Of a stretch of DNA of 64,000 nucleotides, positions 1 to 10,286 are shown in pieces. Where the stretch lies: NCBI GenBank assembly GCA_044221725.1, contig JBGAON010000001.1:288001-352000 (forward strand), written 5' to 3'. Under the pieces are notes generated by a model. The model was given only the letters and a program-made list of their open reading frames with translations. It searched no databases and was not told the DNA's origin. The DNA comes from Elusimicrobiota bacterium. Lineage in GTDB: Bacteria > Elusimicrobiota > Elusimicrobia > F11. The position numbers and the translations under genes are program-made. The stretch's first letter is position 1. Each line of letters opens with the position of its first letter.

Positions 1-212
1 CGCAGGGTATTTCGGCATCGGTCGTTTTGGAATTTACAGTCGAGCCGGACGGTTCCGTGAAAAATCTCGTGGTGGTGCGCCGCACGTCGGGGTATCCGAA
101 GTTGGACGAGACCGCCATTGAAGCGCTGCGGCAATGGAAGTTTGCGCCGTTGGCCGATGGAGAAAATCGATCAGAGGTCGGACTTATAACGTTTAATTAT
201 TCACTGAGTTAA
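1..212 (+). CDS. TonB C-terminal domain protein (5' partial)
   Basis: FTVEPDGSV..VV.RTSGYPKLDETAIEALRQWKFAP matches TonB_C; the frame is open from the window edge. Confidence 0.85.
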   Translation, partial: QGISASVVLEFTVEPDGSVKNLVVVRRTSGYPKLDETAIEALRQWKFAPLADGENRSEVGLITFNYSLS

Positions 213-214
213 TT

Positions 215-1222
215 ATGAAAAAAGAGAATACCTGCAATTTACAGAAAATCCGTCGCCCCCGCGGAGGCGGGGGCCGAGACACTTTGAAAGTGCGGAAGAT
301 TTTCAACTGTGTCCGGGTTCCCGCCTGCGCGGGAACGACGATCGCATTATTATCAGTAAGTTTGCTCGCCGCTCCGCTCGATATGACGGTCAAAGGCGAG
401 ATCAAAGATAAGCTTACGATTGAACGCGTTCCGGTTCCGACCGATGTGGCGCTAAAGGATGTGATCCCATTTTCTCGATTGGGACAGATTGATTGGATCC
501 TCGGCGAAGAACTGGGTTACATGGACGAAGAAAAGCAGGTGGCGCTCATGGACGTGCACTCGCCAAAAGTTTTTCGGCCGTCGATGATCGAATTCCCCAA
601 GCCACCGTTCTTCGTGCAGGCCTATCCGCCACCGCCAACACCGGTGATTATCGATCGCAGTCCGAACGCTCCGCCCCCGCGCGGCGAGAACGAAACGTGG
701 ACGTTCATTGTCGTCGATCAGAACAACAACCTTTTGAAAAAAGTCGACGGTAACACGGTGCCGCCCGAACCCATTCAGTGGGATGGAATGACGAAAGGCG
801 AATTTATGTTGCGCACGGACGAAATCTATTCGTCGATGCTTGTAATTCAGGAGACGCCAGAAGTGTCACGAACCATTGTCGGAGACCCGATCTGGCTGCC
901 GGCGCTTCGGTACATCAAAGGCAACAGCATCATTTTCGAATTCAGTAACAAGCGCGTGTACAACGAAAGCCAAGCGACGTTTGCCGCCGGCTTGCAGGTG
1001 CTTGTTGATCAATTAATGAACGAGCTGCGGAAATACGAGGGGGCCCCCTTTACGGTTTCGATTGCTGATAAAGACTTGGATCTCGCGCAGAAGCGCGCGC
1101 AATTGTGGCGGAAGACGTTGCAAGAAAATCTTCTTAAGCCTGCGGACAAATTTAACGTGAAAGTCACAATGCCGACCGATCGGGGCGCCATTACCCAGAT
1201 CGTTCTGGAGATCACGAAATGA
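215..1222 (+). CDS. Exported protein with FlgD-Ig-like and degenerate OmpA-like C-terminal regions; in-frame palindromic insert near N-terminus
   Basis: 335-aa ORF; hydrophobic stretch IALLSVSLLAA; W.FIVVD..N.LLKK..G...PP..IQWDG motif. Confidence 0.6.
   Translation: MKKENTCNLQKIRRPRGGGGRDTLKVRKIFNCVRVPACAGTTIALLSVSLLAAPLDMTVKGEIKDKLTIERVPVPTDVALKDVIPFSRLGQIDWILGEELGYMDEEKQVALMDVHSPKVFRPSMIEFPKPPFFVQAYPPPPTPVIIDRSPNAPPPRGENETWTFIVVDQNNNLLKKVDGNTVPPEPIQWDGMTKGEFMLRTDEIYSSMLVIQETPEVSRTIVGDPIWLPALRYIKGNSIIFEFSNKRVYNESQATFAAGLQVLVDQLMNELRKYEGAPFTVSIADKDLDLAQKRAQLWRKTLQENLLKPADKFNVKVTMPTDRGAITQIVLEITK
251..340. repeat. 90-bp REP/RPE-like palindromic element
   Basis: CGTCGCCCCCGCGGAGGCGGGGGCC ... 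GGGTTCCCGCCTGCGCGGGAACGACG: two inverted GC-rich hairpin units around an imperfect inner palindrome. Confidence 0.8.
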
Positions 1223-2001
1223 GCCGGCTAGCGCGGCTGCGCGCGGTGGCGTTGCTTCTGGCGTTCGTTGTCGGTGCTCCGTTGCGCGGTGTTTGGGCCG
1301 AAGGCGCGAGCGATCCCCGCGTGAAAGTGTTGTTGGAAGAAGGATTGCGGTTGTACAGCGAGCGTCAATATGTCCGCGCTCTCGATCTTTTTAAACAAGT
1401 TCAGCGCATCGATCCCGACAATGCCACGGCTTCCGAATATATTAAGAGTTCCGAGCAACGTATCAACGAATGGGAAGCCGAGCCGGGCGACAAAAAACGA
1501 GATGCCAACTGGGACACGCTTCTTGGCGATAAGAAAAAAACGGGGCCGGCCGAAAGCGCGGCCAACGCGAACGACATCATCGCGGCACGCAAGTCGCTTG
1601 TGGAACGCATGCGCAACCGCTCGACGAACACCGACAACATCGTCCAGATTCAAGACACGAAACGCGGCCTTGATATCCTCTTGTTCCACGATCAGCTGTT
1701 TCTGCCCGGACTTCAAACGTTGCGCGACGAAGCGCTTCCAATATTGGAAAATGTCGCCATGCTTATCCGAACGAAAGGCGATCGACAGGTGACGGTTCAA
1801 AGCGTGGCGCACACGAATTCAACCGATCCATTTTTGTTGTTTCCCGAGGTATCAAAAGAAGGCGCAGACCCGACGTTGCCGAACATGAAGTCCGGTGGTA
1901 GTTCGCTCCTTTATCAGGATATCGAAGCGACGCGCTCGATGATTCTGTTTACATACCTCGCACAGCGCAGCATGGGAAAAACAACAAAGTCATTCGAATA
2001 A
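1219..2001 (+). CDS. Exported TPR protein with degenerate MotB/OmpA-like C-terminal domain
   Basis: Signal peptide; TPR (GLRLYSERQY..AL..F..V..IDPDN); RGLDILLFHDQLFLPG..TL...A.PILE resembles MotB-C. Confidence 0.6.
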   Translation: MSRLARLRAVALLLAFVVGAPLRGVWAEGASDPRVKVLLEEGLRLYSERQYVRALDLFKQVQRIDPDNATASEYIKSSEQRINEWEAEPGDKKRDANWDTLLGDKKKTGPAESAANANDIIAARKSLVERMRNRSTNTDNIVQIQDTKRGLDILLFHDQLFLPGLQTLRDEALPILENVAMLIRTKGDRQVTVQSVAHTNSTDPFLLFPEVSKEGADPTLPNMKSGGSSLLYQDIEATRSMILFTYLAQRSMGKTTKSFE

Positions 2002-2006
2002 AACCG

Positions 2007-3026
2007 TTGCAACCCCTGTTGGCGTTCCTTCAAAAGTACCCCTTCCTGTTCCGGAAAGACTCCCGAATTCTTGTCGCTTGCTCCGGAGGGCCTGATTCCG
2101 TGGCGCTTGTGCACGCGCTGAATGAACTTGTGGCTCCGTGGAAGTTTCGGTTTGAGATCGCGCACATTAACCACGGTTTGCGCGCGGCGGCGTCGGAAGC
2201 CGACCAGAAATTCGTTAAGCGACTCGCAAGAGAAGCCAAGGTCCCATTTCATGTGAAACACTGCACCGTGCCTACGAATCGAGGAAACCTTGAGGAAATG
2301 GCGCGCGAGCGTCGCTATGCGGCGCTGCTTGAAATCGCGAAGCGCCGTAAAGTCGCCGCCATTTTTACGGCGCACACATTGGACGACCAAGTGGAAACCG
2401 TTATCATGAACATGTTGCGTGGCACCGGTCCCGACGGCCTGGCCGGTATGTCAGAGATGCGATGTTTTGAGAGATCGCGCATTTGGCTCGCCCGCCCGTT
2501 CCTAACGGTCACGAAAAAGGAACTTCTTGAAGGACTTCGCCGTTCCAACCGTCAGTTCCGAATAGATGAGTCGAATCGCGATGAAAAATTTCTGCGGAAC
2601 TGGTTGCGGCAAGAAATGCTTCCCATGTTGGAAAAACGGTCGCCCGGATTTAAGAAACGGATTGCCAATTTGGCGCGTGTTGCAGCCGACGAGAAGAAAT
2701 ATTGGCAACAAGAAACGAAACGAATTGAACAGCAGTTGTTACGCCCGTACAAGGAAGGCCGTTTGCTTGATTTGGGGGGGCTATTAAGTTATTCTCCCGC
2801 GGTTCAACGTCGCTTTCTCCGTCGAGCGCTGGGTCGGGACATCTTGACGTACGATGCCGTTGAACGGTTACGAGAATGGATGCAAGCCCCACCCTCCTCC
2901 GGACGGTTGTGGCAACTGAAACAAGGGTGGACGGTAGAAAGACTTTCCAAGACGAAAGGTTCCCCATCCGCGCAGCTGTTCTGGTTCAAAAAATCAAACC
3001 CCGAAAAGGAAAAACAGTTTTTATGA
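2007..3026 (+). CDS. tilS: tRNA(Ile)-lysidine synthetase
   Basis: PP-loop VACSGGPDS, HINHGLR, E..AR.RRY, TAHTLDDQVET; directly upstream of ftsH. Confidence 0.95.
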   Translation: MQPLLAFLQKYPFLFRKDSRILVACSGGPDSVALVHALNELVAPWKFRFEIAHINHGLRAAASEADQKFVKRLAREAKVPFHVKHCTVPTNRGNLEEMARERRYAALLEIAKRRKVAAIFTAHTLDDQVETVIMNMLRGTGPDGLAGMSEMRCFERSRIWLARPFLTVTKKELLEGLRRSNRQFRIDESNRDEKFLRNWLRQEMLPMLEKRSPGFKKRIANLARVAADEKKYWQQETKRIEQQLLRPYKEGRLLDLGGLLSYSPAVQRRFLRRALGRDILTYDAVERLREWMQAPPSSGRLWQLKQGWTVERLSKTKGSPSAQLFWFKKSNPEKEKQFL

Positions 3027-4828
3027 AAAAATTCGATGCTCGGACTTTAGTGTTGTGGGTCATCATTTTCTTGATGATTCTTTTCTTCCTTCAAACCTCG
3101 AAATTTCCAACGCGCGCGAAACTTCCTTATTCCGAATTTAAGCAGCTTCTGAAAGAAGGAAAAATTACCGACGTTCAAATGTCGGATCGGCTTATTGAGG
3201 GCGCGTACAAAGCCGAAACCGGTGGTGAACAGAAATTTCAAACCGTTCCGCTGAACGATCCACGCCTTGTGGACGAGTTGGAGCAATACGGTGTTAAAAA
3301 TTATTCCGGTGCTCAAGATCGCGGTTGGGTAACGTCGATTCTTGCGAATGCGCTCTGGATCGGGCTTTTCTTCTTTTTGTGGTGGATGTTTGTTATTCGC
3401 CAAATGCAAAACGGCGGTCGTCAGGCGATGGCGTTCGGCAAGACGCGGGCCAAGAATCAAACGACGAAGAAAGGGAAAGTTCTTTTTAAAGATGTCGCTG
3501 GTGTTGAAGAAGCAAAAGAAGAACTGAAAGAGATCATTGAGTTCTTAAAAGATCCGCAAAAATTCCAGCGTCTCGGTGGAAAGGTGCCGAAAGGTGTGCT
3601 GCTTTATGGTGCGCCAGGCACCGGTAAAACCATGTTGGCGAAGGCCGTTGCCGGCGAAGCGGGTGTTCCGTTCTTTTCGGCCAGCGGTTCCGAATTTGTC
3701 GAAATGTTCGTGGGCGTGGGCGCCGCGCGTGTGCGCGATCTTTTCGAACAAGGAAAGAAAAACGCGCCTTGCTTGCTGTTTGTGGATGAACTTGATGCTG
3801 TTGGGCGTCATCGTTTCGCAGGAATCGGTGGTGGTCATGATGAGCGCGAACAAACGTTGAACCAAATTCTCGTCGAGATGGACGGATTTGAAAGTCGCGA
3901 AGGCGTAATCCTTATCGCGGCGACGAACCGTCCGGATGTGCTTGATCCAGCACTTCTGCGCCCGGGCCGTTTCGACCGTCACATCATGGTGCCGGCTCCG
4001 GATCTCAAAGGACGCGAAGAAATTTTGCGCGTGCACTCAGCGAACGTAAAAATGGCGCCGGGCGTGGACTTGTCCGTCATTGCTCGCCGCACGCCAGGTT
4101 TTGTGGGCGCGGATCTCGCGAACGTTATTAATGAAGCGGCTTTGTTGGCTGCGCGTTACGATAAGCCCGCTGTCGACATGCATCACTTGGAATCCGCTAT
4201 CGATCGCGTCATGGCTGGCCCCGAACGCAAGTCGCGTTTGTTGTCGGATCACGAAAAGAAAGTGGTGGCGTTCCACGAAAGCGGTCACACGCTTGTCGCG
4301 AAATTAACGCCCGGCACCGATCCGGTTCATAAAGTTTCGATCGTGTCGCGCGGAATGGCGCTGGGCTATACGCTGCAATTGCCGACCGAAGACAAGTATC
4401 TCACGTCGCGCACCGAACTTTATAACCGAATCTTGGTATTGATGGGGGGCCGCGTGGCGGAGCAGTTGGTATTTAAAGAAATTACCACGGGCGCTCAGGA
4501 CGATTTAATGAAAGCAACGAATCTTGCCTCAAAAATGGTGTGTGAGTTTGGAATGTCGGACACGTTGGGTCCGGTGACGTACAAGAAACCGGAATCCGAA
4601 GTTTTTCTCGGCCGCGATATAGCGCACGAACGTGGTTTTTCCGAAGCAACCGCGCAGCAAATCGACGGCGAAGTGAAACGCATTCTCAGCTCCGCACTTG
4701 AGAAAGTAAAAGACTTGCTCGAGAAGAATAGAGAAAAACTTGAGAAGTTGGCTTTGGCGCTAAATGAGAAGGAGAATCTCAACAGCGACGAAATCAACAA
4801 CTTGCTCGGGCTCCCTGCCACCGCTTAA
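3023..4828 (+). CDS. ftsH: ATP-dependent zinc metalloprotease FtsH
   Basis: Two TM segments, GAPGTGKT Walker A, DELDAVGR, second region of homology, HESGH; ATG at 3023 overlaps the tilS stop. Confidence 0.97.
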   Translation: MKKFDARTLVLWVIIFLMILFFLQTSKFPTRAKLPYSEFKQLLKEGKITDVQMSDRLIEGAYKAETGGEQKFQTVPLNDPRLVDELEQYGVKNYSGAQDRGWVTSILANALWIGLFFFLWWMFVIRQMQNGGRQAMAFGKTRAKNQTTKKGKVLFKDVAGVEEAKEELKEIIEFLKDPQKFQRLGGKVPKGVLLYGAPGTGKTMLAKAVAGEAGVPFFSASGSEFVEMFVGVGAARVRDLFEQGKKNAPCLLFVDELDAVGRHRFAGIGGGHDEREQTLNQILVEMDGFESREGVILIAATNRPDVLDPALLRPGRFDRHIMVPAPDLKGREEILRVHSANVKMAPGVDLSVIARRTPGFVGADLANVINEAALLAARYDKPAVDMHHLESAIDRVMAGPERKSRLLSDHEKKVVAFHESGHTLVAKLTPGTDPVHKVSIVSRGMALGYTLQLPTEDKYLTSRTELYNRILVLMGGRVAEQLVFKEITTGAQDDLMKATNLASKMVCEFGMSDTLGPVTYKKPESEVFLGRDIAHERGFSEATAQQIDGEVKRILSSALEKVKDLLEKNREKLEKLALALNEKENLNSDEINNLLGLPATA

Positions 4829-6194
4829 GTTAGAGGATATTCCCATTCATAAACGCTTGTTTGGTACAGACGGCATTCGTGGCGTCGCTGGTGAATCTCC
4901 ATTAACAAAACGAGAGATCTATCGGCTCGGATTGGCGGCCGGCCACGTTCTCAAATCAAAAAATGCCGACGGAAAAAAGCGCATTCTCATTGTGCGGGAC
5001 ACGCGTGGCTCCGGCGAGTGGATACTTGCCGAGTTGGCGAAAGGTTTGCGCGATAACGGTATCGATGTTTTTGATGCCGGTGTTCTGTGCACGCCCTCCG
5101 TCGCGTATCTCGTAAAGGCGCACGGCTATGATGCCGGCGTGGTCATTTCTGCTTCGCACAATCCGCCGGAATTTAATGGCATCAAGTTTTTTACGCCGCA
5201 GGGTTTTAAATGGCCCGATGCCTGGGAAAATATCGTTGAAGAGAAGTTTTTCTCCAATGCGTTCCAGCCCGCCGCCAAACGCAAAGGAACGATTACGAAG
5301 GTTCATGAGTTTCATCAGGATTACGAAGCGTTCCTGTTGTCCTCGTTGCCCGATCGGCCGGATTTGTCTTGGATGCGCGTGGCGATTGATTGTTCGAATG
5401 GAGCCAATCACAAAACGGCGCCCGATGTTATTCGCAGGCTGGGTGCCACAATCTTCGCGTTGGGAACAAGTCCCAATGGCCGTAACATTAACGTTGGTTG
5501 CGGTTCCCAGAAAACCGAGAAGCTTGCTCGGCTGGTTGTCGAAAAGAAGTGTCACATCGGTCTGGCGTTCGACGGCGACGGCGACCGTTTAATTCTCGTT
5601 GATGAACGTGGCCGAACGCTGGATGGCGACCACATTCTCGCGCTGCTCGCCAAATTTTTTAAAAAGAAAAAAATCCTTCGCAACAACCGCGTTGTGATCA
5701 CGGTTATGGCAAACCTCGGGTTAAAGAAAGCGCTCACCCAGCTCGGCGTGAAGGTGAGCGAGGTTTCTGTGGGAGACCGCTACGTCTCCGCTGAGATGAG
5801 AAAGAAAAATTCTATTTTGGGCGGCGAGCAATCGGGCCACATTATTTTGGGAGCGCACTTGCCGACCGGTGACGGACTTCTCACGGCCCTGCACGTGCTG
5901 AACGTGCTCGACGAAGAGAGGAGGCGGTTGTCCGAGCTCGTGGCCTGGATGAAAAAATATCCGCAGGTTCTTTTGAATGTTCCGGTGAAAGAGCGCACGC
6001 CGATCGCGGAGCTCGATCACGTGTCAGGAAAAATTTCTTCCGTCGAAAAAATCTTGGGATCCAACGGACGCGTGCTCGTGCGATATTCCGGTACCGAGCC
6101 GCTTTTGCGGATCATGCTCGAGGGTCCAAACAAGAACCAACTAACCACTTTTGCCAATGACATTGCCAAGGCCGTCATCCTGGCAGGTCGCTAG
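4764..6194 (+). CDS. glmM: Phosphoglucosamine mutase (start uncertain)
   Basis: LFGTDGIRG, VISASHNP, DGDGDR, GGEQSGH, RYSGTEP. Confidence 0.93.
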   Translation: MRRRISTATKSTTCSGSLPPLKLEDIPIHKRLFGTDGIRGVAGESPLTKREIYRLGLAAGHVLKSKNADGKKRILIVRDTRGSGEWILAELAKGLRDNGIDVFDAGVLCTPSVAYLVKAHGYDAGVVISASHNPPEFNGIKFFTPQGFKWPDAWENIVEEKFFSNAFQPAAKRKGTITKVHEFHQDYEAFLLSSLPDRPDLSWMRVAIDCSNGANHKTAPDVIRRLGATIFALGTSPNGRNINVGCGSQKTEKLARLVVEKKCHIGLAFDGDGDRLILVDERGRTLDGDHILALLAKFFKKKKILRNNRVVITVMANLGLKKALTQLGVKVSEVSVGDRYVSAEMRKKNSILGGEQSGHIILGAHLPTGDGLLTALHVLNVLDEERRRLSELVAWMKKYPQVLLNVPVKERTPIAELDHVSGKISSVEKILGSNGRVLVRYSGTEPLLRIMLEGPNKNQLTTFANDIAKAVILAGR

Positions 6195-6232
6195 CCAGGA
6201 TCCCTTAGAAACATTCCAGGGTGACAAATTGC

Positions 6233-6949
6233 ATGGTTTTGCTCGGCATTAACATCGACCACGTCGCGACGCTGCGACAAGCGCGACGCGAACGCTTTCC
6301 GGATCCCATCGACGCGGCTCGTGAAGCCATCGCCGCCGGCGCCACCGGAATCACCGCGCACCTGAGAGAGGACCGCCGACACATCCAGGACGATGATATT
6401 CGCTGCTTGAAATCGGAATTGAACGTCCCGCTGAATATGGAAATGTCGATCTCGCCCGATATTGTGCGTGTGGCGCTGCGCACACGGCCCGAATGGGTTT
6501 GTCTCGTTCCCGAGAACCGAAGAGAGCTTACGACGGAGGGCGGCTTGGACGTCGAAAAGAATGCAAAGAAGATCGGCCGCGTGATTTACAAGTTAAAATC
6601 CCGTGGTATCAAAGTTTCGTTGTTTGTTGACGCCGACATTGCCACGGTTCGACTTGCAAAGAAGTTGAGCGCCGACGCAGTGGAGCTCCACACCGGAACG
6701 TATGCGCGACTTTTTCGGATGAAGAAGTCTTTCACGAAGGAATTGGCGCGACTCCGCTCGGCGGCCGAGACCGCCGTGGAATTGGATCTTTTAGCGAACG
6801 CCGGTCACGGAATCGATTACGATAACGTGAAGCCGCTGTTGGCGGCGCACCGTTTTAATGAGTTGAATATCGGATTCTCCATCATGGCGCGAGCCATGTT
6901 CGTGGGTGTTCGCAAAGCTGTTAGTGAAATGAAAGCGAAGATGAGGTAA
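6233..6949 (+). CDS. pdxJ: Pyridoxine 5'-phosphate synthase
   Basis: LGINIDHVATLRQAR, HLREDRRHI, TTEGGLD, VELHTG, NAGHG; alternative GTG start at 6221. Confidence 0.96.
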   Translation: MVLLGINIDHVATLRQARRERFPDPIDAAREAIAAGATGITAHLREDRRHIQDDDIRCLKSELNVPLNMEMSISPDIVRVALRTRPEWVCLVPENRRELTTEGGLDVEKNAKKIGRVIYKLKSRGIKVSLFVDADIATVRLAKKLSADAVELHTGTYARLFRMKKSFTKELARLRSAAETAVELDLLANAGHGIDYDNVKPLLAAHRFNELNIGFSIMARAMFVGVRKAVSEMKAKMR

Positions 6950-6958
6950 ATTTTTCTT

Positions 6959-8818
6959 ATGTGCGGAATTCTTGGATACGTTGGTGATTTGAACGCCACA
7001 AATGTTTTGGTTGAGGGTTTGAGAAAGCTCGAATACCGCGGATACGATTCGGCTGGCGTCGCGGTACTCACGACGGGTGGATTTGAGATTCGCCGTTCCG
7101 TCGGAAAATTGAGCGAATTGGAGCACTTGCTTCACAAGCGACCGCTCACCGGTCATTTGGGCGTCGGTCACACGCGTTGGGCCACCCACGGTGCACCAAC
7201 CGAAAAAAACGCGCATCCGCACGCGGACTCGAGCGGAAAAATCATTGTCGTGCACAATGGCATCATTGAGAATTATCTGTCTCTCAAGGAAACGTTGGGC
7301 AAATCCGGTGCAAAATTTGAGTCCCAGACGGACACCGAAGTTGTCAGCCACTTGATCGCGAGTCATTTAAAGAATGTCTCGAAAAACGGGACGCTATCGC
7401 GCGACGAGTTTATCTCCGCGGTTCGGCTCGCGCTCAAGGACATTAAAGGGACGTTTGCGCTCGGTATCGTGTGCGCGGATTTGCCGGACATTGTTATCGG
7501 TGCACGTCGCGATTGTCCACTTATCGTGGGTGTCGGTGAAAAGCAAAACTTTTTGGCGTCGGATGTTCCGGCGATCTTGTCCTATACGCGTGACGTTATT
7601 TTCCTTGAAGACGGCGACATAGCAATTCTCGACAAGGACAAAATCGAATTTATGAACGTGGACGGCGCCAAAGTGGCGCGCAAGATTCACAAAATTTCGT
7701 GGGACCCCGTCCAAGCTGAAAAAGCCGGCTACAAGCATTTCATGATTAAAGAAATCCACGAGCAGCCGCGCGTCGTTGAAAACACGCTGATGGGCCGCTT
7801 TGACGCCAACACCGGTACCGTCGATATTCCAGAGATTGGGCTCAGTGAAGCCGACGTGAAGAAAATTACGCGTGTGCGGTTTCTCGCGTGCGGAACATCG
7901 TGGCACGCCTCGCTCGTGGGAAGCTACCTCATTGAGAAATACGCAAAGATTCCGTGTCATGTCGATATTGCGTCCGAGTTTCGGTACCGCAATCCCATTG
8001 TGGAGCCTGGTACGCTCGTGATCGGCGTGTCGCAGTCCGGTGAAACGGCGGACACGCTTGCGGCGCTTCGACTCGCGAAGAAAGAGGGCGCAAAGGTTCT
8101 CGGTGTTGCAAACGTTGTCGGTTCCTCCTTAACACGCGACGCGCATGGTTGTCTCTTAACTCATTGTGGTCCGGAGATCGGTGTGGCATCGACGAAAGCG
8201 TTCATGGGGCAGCTCGTCGCCATGCATTTGCTCACGCACTACCTCGCGCGGTTGCGCAATTCAATCCCGCTTACGCAATTGACGTCGATGGGACGCGACC
8301 TGGCGCATTTGTCGCAATGGATCACAAAAACCCTCGAATGCGAAAAACGCGTCACCGAAGTTGCGAAAAAATATTTCCGAAAGAAAAACTTTTTGTATTT
8401 GGGTCGTAACTTAAATTATCCGGTGGCGCTCGAAGGCGCTTTAAAGCTCAAAGAAATTTCTTACATTCACGCCGAAGGTTACCCGGCTGGCGAAATGAAA
8501 CACGGTCCCATCGCGCTCATTGACGAAAATGTTCCGGTCGTGTCCATCGTCACGAAGTCGACTGTCTACGACAAAATGGTTTCAAATATTGAGGAAGCGA
8601 AAAGCCGTGGCGCCGAAGTGATCGCTATCGTGAACGAAGGCGATGAACTCGTGAGCGACAAAGCGGCCGATATTATCCGCGTACCGGTTGTTCCGGAAGA
8701 TCTATCGCCGCTTATCAACGTCATCCCGTTGCAGCTTTTGGCCTACCAAATCGCGGTGTTTTTGGGATGCGACGTTGACCAACCGCGGAATCTCGCCAAG
8801 AGCGTTACCGTCGAATAA
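6959..8818 (+). CDS. glmS: Glutamine-fructose-6-phosphate aminotransferase
   Basis: MCGI N-terminus, GHTRWATHG, SQSGETADT, C-terminal PRNLAKSVTVE. Confidence 0.98.
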   Translation: MCGILGYVGDLNATNVLVEGLRKLEYRGYDSAGVAVLTTGGFEIRRSVGKLSELEHLLHKRPLTGHLGVGHTRWATHGAPTEKNAHPHADSSGKIIVVHNGIIENYLSLKETLGKSGAKFESQTDTEVVSHLIASHLKNVSKNGTLSRDEFISAVRLALKDIKGTFALGIVCADLPDIVIGARRDCPLIVGVGEKQNFLASDVPAILSYTRDVIFLEDGDIAILDKDKIEFMNVDGAKVARKIHKISWDPVQAEKAGYKHFMIKEIHEQPRVVENTLMGRFDANTGTVDIPEIGLSEADVKKITRVRFLACGTSWHASLVGSYLIEKYAKIPCHVDIASEFRYRNPIVEPGTLVIGVSQSGETADTLAALRLAKKEGAKVLGVANVVGSSLTRDAHGCLLTHCGPEIGVASTKAFMGQLVAMHLLTHYLARLRNSIPLTQLTSMGRDLAHLSQWITKTLECEKRVTEVAKKYFRKKNFLYLGRNLNYPVALEGALKLKEISYIHAEGYPAGEMKHGPIALIDENVPVVSIVTKSTVYDKMVSNIEEAKSRGAEVIAIVNEGDELVSDKAADIIRVPVVPEDLSPLINVIPLQLLAYQIAVFLGCDVDQPRNLAKSVTVE

Positions 8819-8850
8819 ATTTTTGCTACCATCCGTCGCACAGTAGCACC

Positions 8851-8961
8851 CTTATCAAGAGTGGTGGAGGGATTGGCCCAACGAAACCACGGCAACGGTT
8901 CGACTAAACTCGAATACGTGCCAAAGCCAGTTCGCCAGACGTTTGGCGAATAACCGATAAG
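8851..8961 (+). promoter_or_regulatory. SAM-I (S-box) riboswitch aptamer
   Basis: CTTATCAAGAG-TGGTGGAGGGA-TTGGCCC-AACGAAACC-ACGGCAAC...GTGCCAA...GATAAG; P1 CTTATC/GATAAG. Confidence 0.93.
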
Positions 8962-8971
8962 AGGAACAGTT

Positions 8972-9005
8972 AGCCCCAGAAGGGAAACTTCCTCTGGGGT
9001 TTTTT
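8972..9005 (+). terminator. Intrinsic terminator of the SAM riboswitch expression platform
   Basis: CCCCAGAAGG-GAAA-CTTCCTCTGGGG followed by a T run, 5 nt before the ATG. Confidence 0.85.
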
Positions 9006-9010
9006 AATTT

Positions 9011-10273
9011 ATGACGACAACGAAAATCAAAGGTCTCAAATGCAAGGAGTGTGGACGGCTTTTCGAAGCCAAGGCGCTGCACGTCTGCGAATTTTGTTTT
9101 GGTCCGCTCGAAGTTGATTACAACTACGACCTAATCAAAAAAACGGTCACGCGCGAATCCATCGAATCGGGGCCGCTGTCCTTGTGGCGCTATTGGGGGC
9201 TGCTTCCGGTTGAATCGAAAGACGTCATTACGCTGCAGGAAGGTTTCACTCCACTGGTTCACGCAAAAAATCTCGGCAAAGCTCTTGGGTTAAAAAATCT
9301 TTACGTTAAAAACGATACAGTAAATCCCACATTCTCGTTCAAAGATCGCGTCGTTAGCGTCGCGCTCACGCGCGCGCGCGAACTTGGTTTTAAGACGGTT
9401 GCCTGCGCGTCAACGGGGAATTTGGCGGGGGCCGTCTCCGCTTATGGAGCTGTGGCTGATCTCAAACGATTTGTGTTTATCCCAGCCGACCTGGAAGAGG
9501 GAAAAGTTATTGGTGCCGGTGTTTACAATCCGATCATCGTCGCTATCGAAGGGACCTATGACGAAGTGAATCGTCTCTGTTCGGAAGTGGCGGACGCTTT
9601 CAAGTGGGCGTTCGTGAACGTGAACATTCGCCCCTATTACGCCGAGGGTTCGAAGACGCTCGGATTTGAAGTTGCCGAACAACTGGGATGGAAAGCACCG
9701 GATCAGGTGGTGGTTCCGGCTGCATCGGGTTCCCTGCTCACAAAAATTTACAAAGGTCTGAAAGAATTTGAACAACTCGGCCTCATTCCTGCGCACAATA
9801 CGAAGTTGAATTGTGCTCAGGCAGCGGGTTGCGGGCCCATCGCGGCCGCGATTCAAGAAGGTACCGATTTGATCCGGCCGGTCCGTCCGAAAACGATCGC
9901 GAAATCGTTGGCGATTGGAAATCCTGCCGACGGCGTTTATGCGTCTCAGCTCGTTTTAAAAACCGGCGGCCAAGGTGTTTCCGTCACGGACGACGAAATT
10001 GTGGAAGGTATTAAACTGCTTGCTTCCACCGAAGGAATTTTCACAGAGACCGCGGGTGGTGTGACGGTCGCTTCCTTGAAACGCTTGGTCCAAACTGGTA
10101 GAGTCGCCGCCGACGACGTGACCGTGGTTTATGTGACCGGGAACGGTTTGAAAACATTGGATGCGGTCCAGGGCAAAGTCAGCAAACCCCACGTCATTCC
10201 TGCTCGTCTGCAAGATTTCAAAAGTCTGTTTGAGAAATTACAGAGTAAGGTCCCTGAGCAGGTAACTGCATAA
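9011..10273 (+). CDS. Threonine-synthase-like PLP enzyme, probably O-phosphohomoserine sulfhydrylase (MetM-like)
   Basis: N-terminal CxxC..CxxC, NPTFSFKDR PLP lysine, ASTGNLA, YYAEGSKT, TGNGLKT; context of SAM box and sulfur carrier. Confidence 0.85.
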   Translation: MTTTKIKGLKCKECGRLFEAKALHVCEFCFGPLEVDYNYDLIKKTVTRESIESGPLSLWRYWGLLPVESKDVITLQEGFTPLVHAKNLGKALGLKNLYVKNDTVNPTFSFKDRVVSVALTRARELGFKTVACASTGNLAGAVSAYGAVADLKRFVFIPADLEEGKVIGAGVYNPIIVAIEGTYDEVNRLCSEVADAFKWAFVNVNIRPYYAEGSKTLGFEVAEQLGWKAPDQVVVPAASGSLLTKIYKGLKEFEQLGLIPAHNTKLNCAQAAGCGPIAAAIQEGTDLIRPVRPKTIAKSLAIGNPADGVYASQLVLKTGGQGVSVTDDEIVEGIKLLASTEGIFTETAGGVTVASLKRLVQTGRVAADDVTVVYVTGNGLKTLDAVQGKVSKPHVIPARLQDFKSLFEKLQSKVPEQVTA

Positions 10274-10286
10274 ATTTGGAGGATTC

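Noticed and set aside
6950..6958. glmS ribozyme
   Set aside because: Only 9 nt separate pdxJ and glmS
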